From Vicugna vicugna (Eukaryota), in the NCBI GenBank assembly GCA_013265495.1, contig MU058257.1:441418-505417 (forward strand): 64,000 nucleotides of DNA, given 5' to 3'. Of this stretch, positions 22,504 to 39,400 are shown piece after piece (positions within the stretch are counted from its first letter, which is position 1; each line of letters starts with the position of its first letter). The translations under genes and the position numbers were made by a program. The notes beneath the pieces were generated by a model. It had not been told where the DNA came from, did no database searches, and saw only the letters and a list, made by a program, of their open reading frames with translations.

Positions 22504-22736
22504 CTGGAGTCTCCACTACGTGCACCGTGGCCTCGTTGTTCCCGTTCACCGAGTAGGTGAAGTAGAACCAGCAGTCGTCCACGTCCTTCTCCTTGCAGTG
22601 GGATAGGGGGTCCACCTGGCCTGGCTGCGGCAGCCGGTCCCGGCTCTCCACCTTGGTGACGTTGAAGTGGGAGCACTCCTGGGCACACGTGTCTTTCTTC
22701 TCTCCCTTATCGAAGGCTCGGCACTGAACACACTCT
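22504..22736 (-). CDS. ITGB1: ITGB1 exon 14 (beta-tail domain)
   Basis: 233 nt; [21 protein letters not shown]...[31 protein letters not shown]. Confidence 0.97.
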
Positions 22737-23355
22737 CTGGGGAAACAGAGTCATACCTTTACATCATTATTTGAAACAAGTATTTCCTTCAAGATTATTT
22801 TGAGTGCTGGACTCAAAATTTGACAAAATTAAACCAGGAGCTATGAAAGATCTGAATAAATGAAGAGATATATGACACTTCCTGACGGGGAAACTAAACA
22901 AAAAGATGCTAGTTTCCCAAGTGAAATTACAGATTTATTACAGTTCAAACAAAAATCCTCCAAAAGAAATAGGAAAGCAGTAAGCTAGTCCTACCAGGTA
23001 TTAATTATTTAGCATAAAACCAAAATAATTGAAACAATGTTCTGCTGGTACGATAGTAGTTCTTCAAAAGGCAAAACCTTCCATGTTGCTTTGTTTAGGC
23101 CCAAGACAGTTAAATTAAGCAACTGGTAACGCTAATTTAATGAAGGTTACCACACGATTCAATCACACAGCAAATTCAGACCGAAATTACGCACCTCCAA
23201 CCCCAAGACACATCTCAACACCGCGCGCAAACGCGCGCTACCCAGAAGGAAGCCCTAAGACTGAAGGTGGCTTCAGGGCGGCAGACGTCCCCTAGGGCAT
23301 GACCCCTCCGGACCACGCGACAGTGGGAGGCAGCCTCGGGTGTCGGGACACTCAC

Positions 23356-24336
<981 letters not shown>

Positions 24337-25334
24337 CTATTTATCATGTTTGCTATTACAGGTGAAGCAACAGGCCAACTGTTCACCCAAAGTACAATAA
24401 ACACACCCCAAAAGGTGCACAGAAATGGGAGAAAAACATACCGAGCATATCATCTGAGAATACACAGCTTAAAAATAAACTACGGGTCCAGACTTTCCAG
24501 ACACACTGTATATTTTTAGGACATGGAGTGTTTATAGACACTAAATACACTAGTCCTGTACCTGGTAAATCTACAAAAGGAAGGCATGCAAAACATTCTC
24601 AAGATAATCTTCTAAATAATGTTGTACTGAAACGGGTCTACACAACCCAGGTTTTGTACAACAGGGAAAAACAAAACTTTACATTTTAATTGTTCTGTTT
24701 CTACATAACAGACCTCTTAGCAACTGATGGCAAAACGCAGCCAATTTATTTTTCTCATGATTAAAACCTCTTCAAAGACTAGTCACTTGGGGCTGACATT
24801 GAGATCAAAATATTCTTCCCTCCTATTCTAAGAAGAAAGCTGTATTCAGGTATATTCTACTTTAATTTTTAACTAAAAAGTAACCCGTGTGAAAATTTAA
24901 AATAATTCGATCAGTTTTGTTAGTAGCAGATTTTATGTTCTAAAATACTGTCTTCATTTTACAAAATGTATCTTTAAAAAACTATTCCAACAATGAAGAT
25001 GGACATTTAGTACAAGGTCAACATCCCTCACTGCTTCCTAACTCCATTTCCCAGATAAAATCACTCTGGTAAGTCTAATATGTTTCTAAAACATGCTTCT
25101 GTGAACATACTTTGAATAAGCTCATTTAGCTCTAGAGAATTCAGACTGATACCATGTGAGAGAAAAACCCCAGAGCAACCTTAACCATGTGTTAAATACC
25201 CACTCTGGGCGGCTGTAAGAGTCTTTCAGAGGGAAAGTCATCAAATAGCACACAGGAGGTCCTCAGGCGGCCCTGCGGGGGCGACAGTCACCTCTGTGCT
25301 GCGGACAGCGCCTGCCCCCGCGGCCCCAGCTCAC

Positions 25335-25534
25335 CTGCAGGCCCCGCACTCGAAGGTCCCGTTGCCATCGTGGCACCTGGGGCTGCTGGGGATGCCTTCG
25401 CTCTGGCACTCACATTCGCAGATGAATTCAAGAATAATCTCCACTTCCTCAGTGAAGCCCAGAGGCTTAATCTTAATCGTTTCAGAATCCTTATTTGGAC
25501 ATTTATTTGAAGTTATGCTAATTTCAAATTGAAC
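25335..25534 (-). CDS. ITGB1: ITGB1 exon 11
   Basis: 200 nt; [13 protein letters not shown]...GTFECGACR. Confidence 0.97.
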
Positions 25535-25670
25535 CTTGAAAGAAAAAAAGATTAACAACTAAGCAATCTACTAAAAATTTTTCAAAAAGCTACTCAAATT
25601 ATAGTTCTTTAACTACTTCTCAAACTATAAACTAGATTGTTTACAAACAAGCACTTTTTTCTATTCTTCA

Positions 25671-25832
<162 letters not shown>

Positions 25833-27195
25833 CTAAAAGACAGACCAGTCATACGGAGGAAAGGCAAACACATGCTACTATAAAGTAAGCTGAGTGCATA
25901 AAACCAGTGGGTAAAATAAACTATTACAAAAACAGTATCATTTAAATAAAATACTTGAAGCCAAATCCTTAGTGTCTACAAAACAGAACACAGAGAAATA
26001 GGCGCTAATGAGGAAAGACCCATTCTTCAGAATAACGCCCATGACAGAAAAGAATATTCCCATTTAACTACTGAATTAAAACGTCAGTGAGGACCCAGGT
26101 CTAGTTACAAGGAGCCCTGAGAGCTCAGAACTGTCCCTTCTTCACAGGCCGCACTCTCCACTGGCCCCATCGCTCCCAGGGCACTAGGCCCAGGGTCCAT
26201 GGCCCACCCCCTACAGCCTGGGGACACGCGCTCAGGGGCCATCAGAGCCCTGGGCCTCACCCACCACCAAAAAAAACCCCCAAAAAACCCAAGCGGGAGG
26301 ATTCTTGAGAACTTCAGCCGGCTAAGGACACGGAGAAGGCTGCGCGTCAGGAAAGCACTGGGTCTTCTGTGAGGAAGGGGCACAACTTCGGGCAAGATGG
26401 ACCAGCCAGACTCTAGAAAACTTTTGAAAAAACTTCTCTCCGAGTAGGTTCTTCCCAAAATACTTTGGGAACCCCTTGCACGAGGTTAAAAAAAAAATAC
26501 CTAAAACTCAACCTGCAGAAGGGTCGGGGCAGAGCACATGCAGCACCAGGGGTCACCGTTACGTCCCAGCCCCCGACAAGGACAGCGGCCACCGCCCAGC
26601 CTAATGGGCGTCACTAAAGCACTGTGACTTAAACCCTAGATGGAGAAAACAAGTCCTCTTTGGTTTCAATTCCCCACGTGGGGGACAAAAACCTTACAGA
26701 TACCTTAAAACACATTTACATTCACATATATTTTACAGTATGTGCACGTATGACCACGTGTGCACCTCCCGAGAACAGAAACCATGTCCTTGGAACACAG
26801 ACAAGAGAAGAATCAGCAGAAAAGCTTTTCTGGCACAGCCCACCCGGACAGATGGCTCTCTGCGGGACACCGTGGGGAGGGAACAAGCCTGAGGTGAACC
26901 TACAGATCTAAACGTGAGCTGTGTCACACTTGCTTTCCCACAGGGAGACCCACTGCTTAACAACATCCAGACACATATTCAGAAATTTTCCCCACGTGCC
27001 TTTGTTCTACTTCTGTGTTGTTTAGGCTATGAAATTAGTTACGCTTTTGTAAGAGAGTATGAGTTTTTCTTCCAGGTATACAAGATCTTAAGTTTCACAC
27101 TGTCCTCAGGGCTTCCTAAATTGTGTATCAGGAAGTTTTACTTTTTTTGAGCAAAATATTCTCAACAGGGTATTGCCCCAAACAGATCCTATTTA

Positions 27196-27423
<228 letters not shown>

Positions 27424-27536
27424 TCAGACCTAAGAACAACTGGCTTTATAATGTAACTAAAACTTAACATAAACCACTTCTGTAAAATCCTGTCTGTCTA
27501 GCTGGTGACGCTCTCGCACTTCAGATTCATCACTTA

Positions 27537-27701
<165 letters not shown>

Positions 27702-28399
27702 CTAAGAAATTAAGTAATAAAATTTAGTATGAATGACATCCACCCTATTCCAGTTTTTCAATACTTTCTGAAAATAAAAATGACCTGCAGATGTGACCGG
27801 CTTGCTTTTGCAATTCAGCTTGAGAACAGAAATCACTGCTACAGGGGCTGGTACGTAGTGGGTTTCTAGTTCTCTTCTATCTTTAAGTGTGTGTAGAAAT
27901 TCCCATGATAAAAAGGTTTTTAAAGGGCAAGATTATCTATGTGTATTAATGTTAGAACAATGAAATTAAAGAACTGCCAGTAATTAAAGGCTGCAAATCC
28001 ATCACATAAGACCAAGACTCAGCAAGCCTTAAGTGCTCCCAGAACTTGAATCACCTGCCAATCTCTGCTTTCACTAGAGGCAGGGCGCCTCTGCCTGTAA
28101 CTCACATATAAGTGAGGAGCGTAAGACTACACACACGATTTATCGAGCGTGCCACCCATGGAGCCCGCAAGGAGACCGTGCTGCGGGCTGAGATGCAGAG
28201 TCCGGAGCCACAGCTCCCATGGCTCCTGCCCTCGTCTACACGGAAGGAAGCAAGCGCAAAGCCACAGCCTTGAAACAGCAACACTAGCTTTCCTGACATC
28301 AGACCAGGGCCCAACTTACCAAAATAACTAAACCCCAAGCCCTGAAAAACCCACAGGCTGGTCACCCATGGCGCTCTTGGTATCAGACACCTAGAGTCA

Positions 28400-28594
<195 letters not shown>

Positions 28595-30248
28595 CTAGAA
28601 AAGAAAAGGATTTCAACCGTAAAACCCCGCCTGCAATAACTGAGCAGAACCCTCTGGTCTCTGCGTGGGCTCCCACCACCCAGGAACCCAGCCCTGTGTC
28701 TCCTTACCATGCTAACTGCTCACCTGCTCGCGGTGGCGGCCACCCTCCACCCCTGGAAGCTCCACCTTGCCTGGTCGGCCCTCTCCATCGGCTCTTCTCC
28801 AAAAACTGTATCTTTTAAAGTCAACATCTCTCTTCCCATTGGACGGTGCGCTCCCCGCCGTGTGGGTCAGAGCCCCAGTGGGCAGCACAGGGCTCGGCAC
28901 ACGGTAGGTGCTTAATGACTAAGTGAAAGCATCTCAGCTACACCTTAACTGACTGCCGCGGTCTCTCTCTGCCACCCCACCTCAGCCCCCACAGCACAGA
29001 CCTCCTTTATCGGCCTCCAGCTTCCGTCTTCCATTTTTCATTATAGAAAAACCTGCTAATGCCACCCATTCTTACCCATCAGTACTTTTATTTGGTCGTT
29101 TTTTTATTCTTCACCTTACTCAGCAAAAAACTTAAGTTAGCAGTAAAGTCCTCTTCCATGGTGGCTTTATAATCAATCACATCTGCCTAAATTTACTAGC
29201 CACATCTATGTCTGTCCTCATCAGGCTGCAAACGGCGTGAAGGCAGGGACAGCTCACTAAGGCTGGCAGTCCAGGTGGAATGTGTCTCGCACAGAGAGAA
29301 GTAAGTGGCAGTCGCTCTCGTGAGCACGACACACTGCTGGGCGCCCATGGCACTCTGTAAGGGCTCCTGCAGTGGATTTCAGAACAGCCCGACGGGAGAC
29401 ACCTATCTCACCCCTTCCCAGGAGCAGGAGTCGGCCCTCTGGAGCAGCTGGGGACACTGCCGAGGATCAGGAGTGACGGGAGACCCAAAGCCCCACCCGA
29501 CAGTCTCAAGAGTGTTCTCTCAAACATGACACCACCTTGTGCTCCTCTTTAGCATCACAGACATCAGGCAGCACATTAAAAACCGACTGAAAAACAACCA
29601 CTAAGAAGCATCTGGAACCAAGGAAGGTCTCCTAGGGCATAGGGGTACTGTAAGGAAAACGGGGAGGAGGGCTGAGACAGTTGCAGGCACTGAAGACAAA
29701 TTTTCTCTACCTCACAATGTTCTAGTTTCAGCTTCAGTTGTGTCATTAAAAGGTCATCTGAAACCCTTCAGCTGGTGAATGGGTCATAAAATTCTACTCA
29801 CGACCCCAATTGAGATCACCTCACTACTACTGAAAACCTCACAATTAATACCACAAATATGATATGACGTCTCAAAATACATGTTCTCATCTAGCTTACA
29901 AACTAGGACTTAGAAAGTTCTTTCCTTCTGAGTGACTTGCACACAAGAAAGACACCTTTCAAAGATGATGAGCAGAAGAAAACTGACCAAAGGACACAGT
30001 CCATCAAAGCAGTTTTAATGCTCCCGGGACACCGTGGATGACCCCAACTCCCTCTCAAGCACAAAGCCCTTCTTCCAGGAGCCCAGGGCACCAGCTTCAG
30101 CTAAACCGCCCCACTGCTTCCCGTGCTGAGCGCTCCAGCCTTTAACGCCCATGTAAACGAACTAGCTGCCGGGCTCAAACAAGGGCATAATGGCTACCTA
30201 TGCTTTTATGAAGTGCTTGCAGCTGAAAGGAAATCAAGGGGTTAGTCA

Positions 30249-30674
<426 letters not shown>

Positions 30675-30989
30675 TTACCATCTATAAGCCAACCTTTAGC
30701 AAGAAACAATCAGGGTTTAATAATGAGATCTGGAACGGAGATCGCTGCATGAAAAATCCAGGTGTGTCGTGAGACTAAGGCCACAAAGGCAGGTGTGGTA
30801 TAGTAAACTAGAAATGAAACAGAATCTGCGCAATCAGCAAGTTTATGCAGTAAGTCAACAAATGAAGTTGTTCCTGTGAAAACAAGCACGCGTTCATTAT
30901 CCATGGGTTGTAACTATCAGTAACACGGCAGCTACAGGAGCAGAGGAGCAAGGAGCCCAGAAGACATTCAGATGAATGACAGGCCCTCA

Positions 30990-31280
<291 letters not shown>

Positions 31281-32645
31281 TTAAACATGTTAGGAAAGAA
31301 GGTTAGCTTGCCAGCAATCAAAAGCCAATGAGAAAAACCAAGTGAATCGGATTTATAAGCTAAACACAATACAATGAATGTATTATTGACGTAATTTTTA
31401 CAAGAGCCTGGGAGTTCATGGTACACACTAAACGGGTGTTTCATTCACAAATGCTGACAACGCCAGGCCCTGCGGATGACGAAAAAGACAGCAGCCCCAC
31501 TGCACATCGGGCAGGACAGGCCAGCGACAAAGGAAAACAGGGAACAGCACAGGTTAGACGGGGTGGGTTTGCAGGCTCGCGCGGGGCACATGTGACTTAG
31601 TGCAGACTGATGCTGCACGCAGAGACTCCCCTGCCGAAGCGGACGGCTCCATGCCAGAGTGACATACCCTGACTTCCACCTTTGAACACCTAGAAAATGG
31701 GTTTAAAGATGAATTATAGAAACAAAGAAACTTATTAAGAAACTATAGCAAAATTCTGAGAAAAGATAAAGATCTGAAAGGAAACAACGAGGGGAAGAGG
31801 GGCTGGAAACCATCCACTTGGGAAATGCATGAGAAAGAAGAGGTTTGGGAGAAAAGGCACTTCATCTGTGACCTGCAGGTCTTCTCGCTATAGAAATCTG
31901 GGAGGCAGTTGGGTAATTGCGTTTGGAGCTTAAGAGAAAAGTGTGCTCCAGCACACGAACAGCTGGAGCCGTGAGAGGAACACTAGCAGTTAAGCGGACT
32001 ACAAAGGGAAGGAACAAGAGGCCGTGAAGCTCTGCGATGAGACAAAAGTTATTGCAGGAGCTCGAAGGCACTGCATGGCCGTGGACAATGAGGGGGAGAA
32101 AGGAACACGGCCTGCCGGGGGTGGGCCCGCCTGGTGGTGGTGGTGTCGCCGAGCCCTGCCAGAGCAGGTGTGGGGCGGTGGGTGCAGTAGGGGTGCCAGG
32201 GCCGGGGGGACCACTCTCCCTAGAGGAGAGCACTGGGGGAGAGGGGCTTGTCTTCTTTGTTGTCCAGATGGGGCGCTGCTACACATTCTTACCACAACCT
32301 TCGTATTTTAACAATACCGAACAAAAAGCAAAGGAAAAACAGATGAAAATGCTGCCTTTACGTTATTTAATTATACCAGAAGATGGACATTTTCCTTTTC
32401 TGAAATCCATTCTGTCTAATACTCTGACTCTGTAATGGGGTTTACTTTGGACTTCAGGCAATGTTTATTTCAAGTATGTGTGTCCTACAAATTGTGTCTG
32501 CAAAAAATTTCTCAGTGTATTACATAAACACCCTTTTATGAATGCCAGTCCACATGTGAAAACGAACTCTCAACAGAAACTTCCATAAAGCTGTCAAAAA
32601 AGCCCAAGTAGAAACAAAGGTGTTCGCAGAATCAGATCTCTGTAC

Positions 32646-32868
32646 CTGAGCGTAACTGCAGCACCAGCTGCTGTGGCTGGATTTGAGTAATATCTTCTGG
32701 CTGCAGCTTCTCCGCTGTTCCTTTGCTACGATTAGTTACATTTTTATTTTTCTTTATGTCTTTGGAGCCTCTGGGATTTTCGATGTCATCTGGATGACAA
32801 CCTTTCTTTTTTAAGGCTTCTAAATCATCACAGCGTGCAGAAGTAGGCATTCCTTCTTGTAAAAATGT
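32646..32868 (-). CDS. ITGB1: ITGB1 exon 4
   Basis: 223 nt; [24 protein letters not shown]...LQLRS. Confidence 0.97.
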
Positions 32869-35091
32869 CTAAAAAAATGACATAAAATATAGGTATAAAT
32901 AAAAAGTACAATGGTCAAGCCTCTCACATAACTGTAATTGCAAATAACCAATTAAAATGCAAAAATCAGGTGACACAGCTAATGTACTTCACTTCTGGCT
33001 TTTAAGCAAAATGCCCCCTTCATCCAAACCATAGTAAGTGCTCTTGTTTAAAAATTCCCCCTTGAAAGTAATAACTTTATTACTGGTATACTGCTAGTAA
33101 TTTATTACTTTCGTGATACTTAGGACTGACCTAAGTGCACATTTTAACTGTTCCATGTTCAAATTTAGAGCATCTAGTCAAAGAAATGTCTTCAGTGAAA
33201 TCATGTACTCAGCATGGTTAACAGCCAGTAAAAATATGTATAACCAAATATCTGACAAATACCTTTTTCCAAAATTTCCCTTAGAATAATACTTAGAAGT
33301 CTCTCATATTACACAGCATACTCCTTCACAGTTTTGAACAACTCAATGTTTAGGGAGAAGTTAAAAACTTTTGCTAAAAGGAGACCAACAAATTTAGCAG
33401 ATCTAGTAAGCATTCTTTGAGGCTTGAAAAAAAATTTAGGTATTGGCTAGTATTGTAAACAAGCCTTTTAGAATTTATTTAAAAAATAGTGATTATACGA
33501 TAGAGTCAAGAATATATTTGGGTGAATTTTATAAAAATAAAGTAAGGTCTTAGTGGTATGGAGTGGTCTGTACATGGTACTTTTGGCACAGGGTAAAATT
33601 TCCAGTAGTGAAGTGATTTCAAAACGCATTACACCTCACCAACTTAGACAGAAATTAAAATTTTTATCCAATGACTAAGACGTACCTTAGTGAAAGCAAA
33701 AACACCGCTGTTAAGATGTATATAAAGATTCTAAATAAGGTTTTCATGAAATGGGGAGGGGGGCAATGACAGTGTATATGTGTAAATGTGTGTATTATTT
33801 AAAAATGTGTACTTATTGTAAAAGACATTTGATCACTGCACATATATCCCTAAAAATGTTGTATTCAGTTGGTCAAAAAAATCTTCTTCTCTAAGCTAGA
33901 CACTGGGAAAATGAGGGCCTGCCTTTTATTGGGGTCACTTTATGTTCAGTTTTATGTGCTATTTATTACCCACCAGTGTCACGGTGCTGCATAAAGTGAG
34001 GGTGCTAAGCACAAAGGACACAGCAGTTCTGGTCAGTTATTTCTTAAGGGAAACAACACTCAATGAATGAGAGCCTTTCTGTACTTATTAGAATGACTGG
34101 AGGGAGCCCCATGGGTCAAAGCACTACCATGATCACGTGCGATCTAAAGCTCAAACGCCACCAGAGCCCGGGGCTCAGCGGGCTGCCCGTTTCCACTAAT
34201 CAGCCAATTCAGAAAACTAAGATCACAGCACTCAAGTAAACACTAAACACACCCCAAAAGAGCGTCACTAGTTTAAGAATTATGCCACGAAGATCACAGC
34301 CTAAATTGCTGAAAGATCAGCTTGGCTAGGATAACCCTAAACCCAGATCAACTACAACCCTCATGAAATCAGAACTGCTGCTGGAGCAGGTACCGCTTAT
34401 CTAGAACCTTCTAGGTGAAACTGCTTTAAGTTCATTCAACTCTTGTCACAACACAGATAAAAAGAGGCATCACATGCTCATTTTCCAGGCATGAAAATCA
34501 AGAGTTCCAGTTAAGTCCGCCTCGCCTGAGACACTCAGAGAACTCCCTGAGTTCCCCACTGTCTGCAGTTTAACTCCAGAACATCGTTTTAGGGGAACAG
34601 AAAGTGCCATCAGGAAAATTTTGAAGTAACAAAACAAAACCTGCCATTCCGTCTTTCGTAGGGTCAAACCACACGAAGTATCTGCTATTTGACCAGCTAT
34701 GCCCCCAAAACAGGCACTTGAATGTGGGGTCAAATGCCTGGGTAAAAACAAACTGTCTAAGTCTTTGACCTTCTGACATTACTCACTGTGAATAGATTAA
34801 ATATCCTCAAAATGACTCCCCTTTACCTCCAGTTCTGACTTAGCATTCATTCCTTCATGCATTAGTTCAACATTTAGTGAGCTCTGCGGAAGGTACTATA
34901 ATGACCAGTGCACGGAAGACAATTTATACCCTAACCCCAAGGGGCTCGGACCAGAACACACATCAAGTCTATGTCAGTTTAATTAAAACACAGTTAGGAA
35001 GATCAATTTATACCTCTCCCATCAAAAAAAAAAAAAGGGGGGTGGGAAAGGGGACAAAAACGGTCAAATTAAACGGCTAGTGTTTTGGGAA

Positions 35092-35395
35092 GCTGTCCAA
35101 TAGAAACATAAAGCACGTCACACAGGCAAGAGCTGTGTGTATTTTACCTGTCTAGCAGCCACACTAAGAAACAAATAAAAAAGAACAGGCGAAATTAATT
35201 TTAACATCATATAGTTGTATTAGCAGTTAGCATCACTGATACTTTAAACATTGAAGTCTAGTTGATTTTCAGTCACTAAGTCTTCACACTCTGGTGTGTA
35301 CTGGAGGCTCACGGCAACTCTCAGCTTGGAGCACCCGTATCTCAAGAGCTCAGCATCCCCAAGGTGCCCAGCGGCCCTGTGCTCCAGACCACCAC
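35092..35395 (+). mobile_element. hAT-Charlie MITE (MER33-like)
   Basis: 'gctgtccaatagaaacataa...tctagcagccacac...aggcgaaattaattttaa...ctaagtcttc' follows the recalled MER33 consensus. Confidence 0.65.
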
Positions 35396-35537
35396 GCGGT
35401 GCTGTGCACAGAGCTAGCGCTCCTTTCACGAATGCTGATCTGAGTGAGAAGTCCTACCCGGTACTCCTCAAGGACACAGTTCTGGACAACACCAGTGACT
35501 GAGGAGCAAATGAAGTGGCGTGAGCGAGCCCACTTAC

Positions 35538-35623
35538 TGCGTTTGTGCACCACCCACAGTTGGGCCCGGCCTGGATACATTCTCCACATGATTTGGCATT
35601 TGCTTTTAAACATCTGTTTTCAT
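35538..35623 (-). CDS. ITGB1: ITGB1 exon 3 (PSI domain)
   Basis: 86 nt; [29 protein letters not shown]. Confidence 0.97.
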
Positions 35624-36359
35624 CTGTCAGAAGAAAGAAAGAAGAGACCACTTTACTTGAAGTTTCAAGAGAGAAAATAGAGGCAAATTGATCACAATGA
35701 CAAATAATTCAATATATATGAATACTGTGAACCTAGTTACTAAGCTGATTCAGACCTCCCCCCATCCCCCCACACAGGGAGGTAATTCTGGATCGTCTCA
35801 GCAGAGAACCATAAAAAGACAGAGTTATCTTTCTCGTCTTCTATAGCAAAGACAGGTACCATTAATCCATACATTTAACCTTTTCCCAAAGGTGTAATTT
35901 CAGCATCTCTCATGTTGGATGGTTGTAATTGTCACGAGTTTTCTTACAACTGGGTCAAGTATTGTTTCTTTTCATTTCACTCACACCACCACACCCAACA
36001 TCCCCCTCCCCAACACCTTCACTGTAGTTTGTTAAATACTTGAAAAGTCCATATTCATCCTGTCCAGGTTTGGGTCCACGTAGGGTCAGCAGGCCTGCCA
36101 CCTGCACGCTCACTCAACACTGCAGCCCTGAGACTCCCTGGGTTGCACCCTGCCCCAGCGCCACCCTAGGGGTGCAGGCAGAGCCCGATGGAGGGCCCAG
36201 CAGGCACTGGAGGGCCCTGCCCTCTCTCCGGGGGAGGTGGGGCCCTGCAGGGCTTTCAGAAAGAGCAGAACAACCTGATTTGGGTTTTCCCAGGAATCTA
36301 ACTGGTCAAAAGTAATACAAGGCACTGAAATGAAGACAGCAAGGAAACTGTTTTTTCAC

Positions 36360-36426
36360 CTGCTTGGCCAAATACGAGGCAAACTGAACTGATCAGTCCA
36401 ATACAGAAAATCAGTTGTAAATTCAT
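36360..36426 (-). CDS. ITGB1: ITGB1 exon 2 (start codon, signal peptide MNLQLIFCIGLISSVCLVFGQA)
   Basis: 67 nt; ATG immediately follows the acceptor (tttcag|ATG); CAG|GTGA donor. Confidence 0.97.
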
Positions 36427-39400
36427 CTGAAATACAAAATGTACAAAGTTAGATTTTAAAAAACAATTAAAAATAAGGAAACACATTACACACACACAGT
36501 CACCCTCCCCTTACCTCTGCTTTGGTAAAAGCAACACCCTTCAAGGCATCTCTTCCAACCCTTCTCCACACCCATCACCCCTCTCCTCGGACCCACTCTG
36601 GCTTTTCTCGAAATCAAATACACTGTAACACTTAATTAACGAGCGCTCAAAAAAAGAGCAAGTGTCAAGAATCCCTACACCATAAAAGCTGCTGCTGCCA
36701 GGCCCTGTCCCAGGGGACCTGCCATCTCCGTGGCTCCCGGGGCCAAGAGGCACATCCAGCTGCCTCCGTGACCTCAGTGCTCACTGTCAGAGTGAACCTG
36801 TCAGAGTCCTGGATCATGGCACCCCCTTGCTCACAGCCTTTCAACTGTTTGTTTCCTCTAAGGCTAAGACCAACATCCTGCGCAAGTCCCTAGCTCAATT
36901 TTTGAATTTGATAACCTGTAATTCTTTCCTTTCAAGAAAATCAATAACTATCTGTGGAATTAGTAAAATATTCAGTTCAATTCCCTACAATTTCTAGATG
37001 TACAAACTACACAAAAGTGGGGGAGGAAGGGCCTAAGAAGACCTGAAAGAGCTTGTCTTCTAGAATCTCTAAAAAAAAATTAAGTAAGATCTTGTGTATT
37101 AAGGAGGATACCAAACTCCAACCGTTAGGTACATCATTTCTGAGAATCAAGATTTTCAGGACATTAATCCACTCCTTACCAGAGCTGGTCACGACGGACA
37201 CGGCACAGGTCTCTGACCCCATCCCTTAGCCACTTGCTGCTCCTGGACTAGCAGCCAGTCTGACGGTTATGCAGAAACAGCTGCCCCTTCCCAAGAGTGA
37301 AAACAAAGCAAAGCAAACACACCCCAAAACCCCAAAAAGCTAACAAAAGGTTAGCTCTTTTACTTATCAAAGAAATATAAATTAAAGCAATATAAGGTAA
37401 ACTAGGAAGCAAACAAATTTTAACCCAACAAAACTTAACAGAACAAAAACTTCGTGCAAACCGCTGAGAGACACCAGGGAGAAGTCTGCAAACTGGCATT
37501 ATGGGGCGGGGGGTAATTTAACAACCTATATCAAAAACCATTAAGAACGTTTCTGCCCTCTGCCTCAGTAAACTAGCTACTGGGAATTCATCCCAAGGAA
37601 GTAATTAAAAGTATAAAAGGTCATGCACATGCACATACACGTTCAGTATGGAACTCAAGCAGATTTACATCAGGCAAAAATGCCAAATTTCCAGTAACAG
37701 GGAAAGGGCTAACTGCATCAATCTGATGGCCCATTACAGGTCCTAAGAATGAAATGCAGTCACATCAAAGGTTTATAGAATAATTCTCGAAGCAAAGAAC
37801 CCATTAAAAGTGACAGGTTTGTAAAAATAACAGTATATAAACATATAAAGTAACCAAAGAGACCGTAAGGATAACGTAAAGACAATAGATTAATTTGTGG
37901 CTTAATCGTTAAGAGTTTATTTCTTTTATTCTTCTGGTTTCTTAGTAAAAACAATTACGGCAGGGTAACCATGTGGAATCTTTTTCTTTGTTGGTAAATT
38001 TCCTTTAATAAGAAAAAAGTGTTTCCTTTAAAATCTCCCATCTCCGAGGGCTTACGTCCCAGGATACAGCCCCATAGCTCTGAGGGAGGGCTGTAAAGGT
38101 GTACTCTGAGCACCCTAGACAGCTGGTTTCTTCTGCTGCTACAGGCAGTTTACATCTGCTGCTGGCTTCCCAGAGCAAAGCGATACAAGTAACTTGCAGT
38201 CATCCACTCTGCAACTGCGCTCAGAGCAGCAAGCTCTGTTGTGCTACAAGCGTAGTTTTGCTTACACACCACTTGTGACTGCATCCAAAAGCCCAACCAA
38301 AGCTGAGGGTCACAGAAGTGTGAAATGCATGACAGCTCACCTTTTAAGGCCTGCCCAAGAGGTCCAGTGTGCAATGAACCCATGCAGACTACAATTCTAA
38401 GCAATTCAAATAATGTTATCAATTCCAAAGCTATGACTAAAAGGACCTGGAACAGTAAGACTCTGGAAGAAACGCATGACTGTGATGAATGCAGCATCTG
38501 GGCAGTTTCCACACAAAGTGAACAGAACAAATACTTGTTCCATATATGGACTGATACGTGCATCCTCAGGATCCGACTCAGGCCACTCTAAGGACCGCTC
38601 GACTGTGCTGGGAAACCTTTACCATAAAGTATCACACAATTCAGAAAATCACCACCATGGGGAAGTTGTTCCGTCACAGAAAACGTCTAACATTCTTAGG
38701 CCACGTAGCTTTAAATATTACTTTAAACGCCATGGTCCTTTTCCTTTTATAAACCTTGACAAGCTGAAGACTCGCCTTCTGAGGCCCTCCTGCCTCTGGA
38801 AGAGCCCCAGCCGGACCCAGAAGCAGGCAGCACCAGCTGAAGGGTGGGGACGCGGGCATCCAGGCCCGTCTGTGAGAGGCTTCTGCAGGCTTCCTTCCCG
38901 CGGAAACGAGAGGCCAATTAAGATAAAGAAAAGGCATGAGAAGGCGGGGGCTCAGGCAGAAGTGGCCAGGAGGCCAGCAGGCGGCCAACCGGGAGGAAGC
39001 AGCCTTGGGCAGCACCGGGTATCCCCTCCTGCCCGTGTGCCGGGAGGCAGGACCAAGGCCTCCACACTTCGGAAAGTCCTAAGGCAGCGCTGGTCCAAGC
39101 GCCCTCGGGGGACCCCCAGGCCTGCAGACCACACTCCTGAGCGTGGGGCCTGTCCTTCTGGGACCCTCGTGCTGGGGAAGGTGCCCTGAGGCATCTCCCA
39201 GCAAGAGCCTCCGCACAGAACAGTTCCTTAGGAGGGGCCGGGCCTACCCTACACGCTGTCTTCCTCATGGTCAAAGGTCTAGAAACAGGTGGTCTCACAC
39301 TGGTCTCCATCCCGTGACCTCTGACTTCCCCCTCCACTCATGTAACCCACTTCCCACACGCATGTCAAACTGCTCTTGCGAAAGAAAACTTCCGAAGCCT

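Noticed and set aside
38476..39189. 237-aa plus-strand ORF in intron 1
   Set aside because: No recognisable domain, low-information composition in a GC-rich patch, antisense to ITGB1; probably spurious
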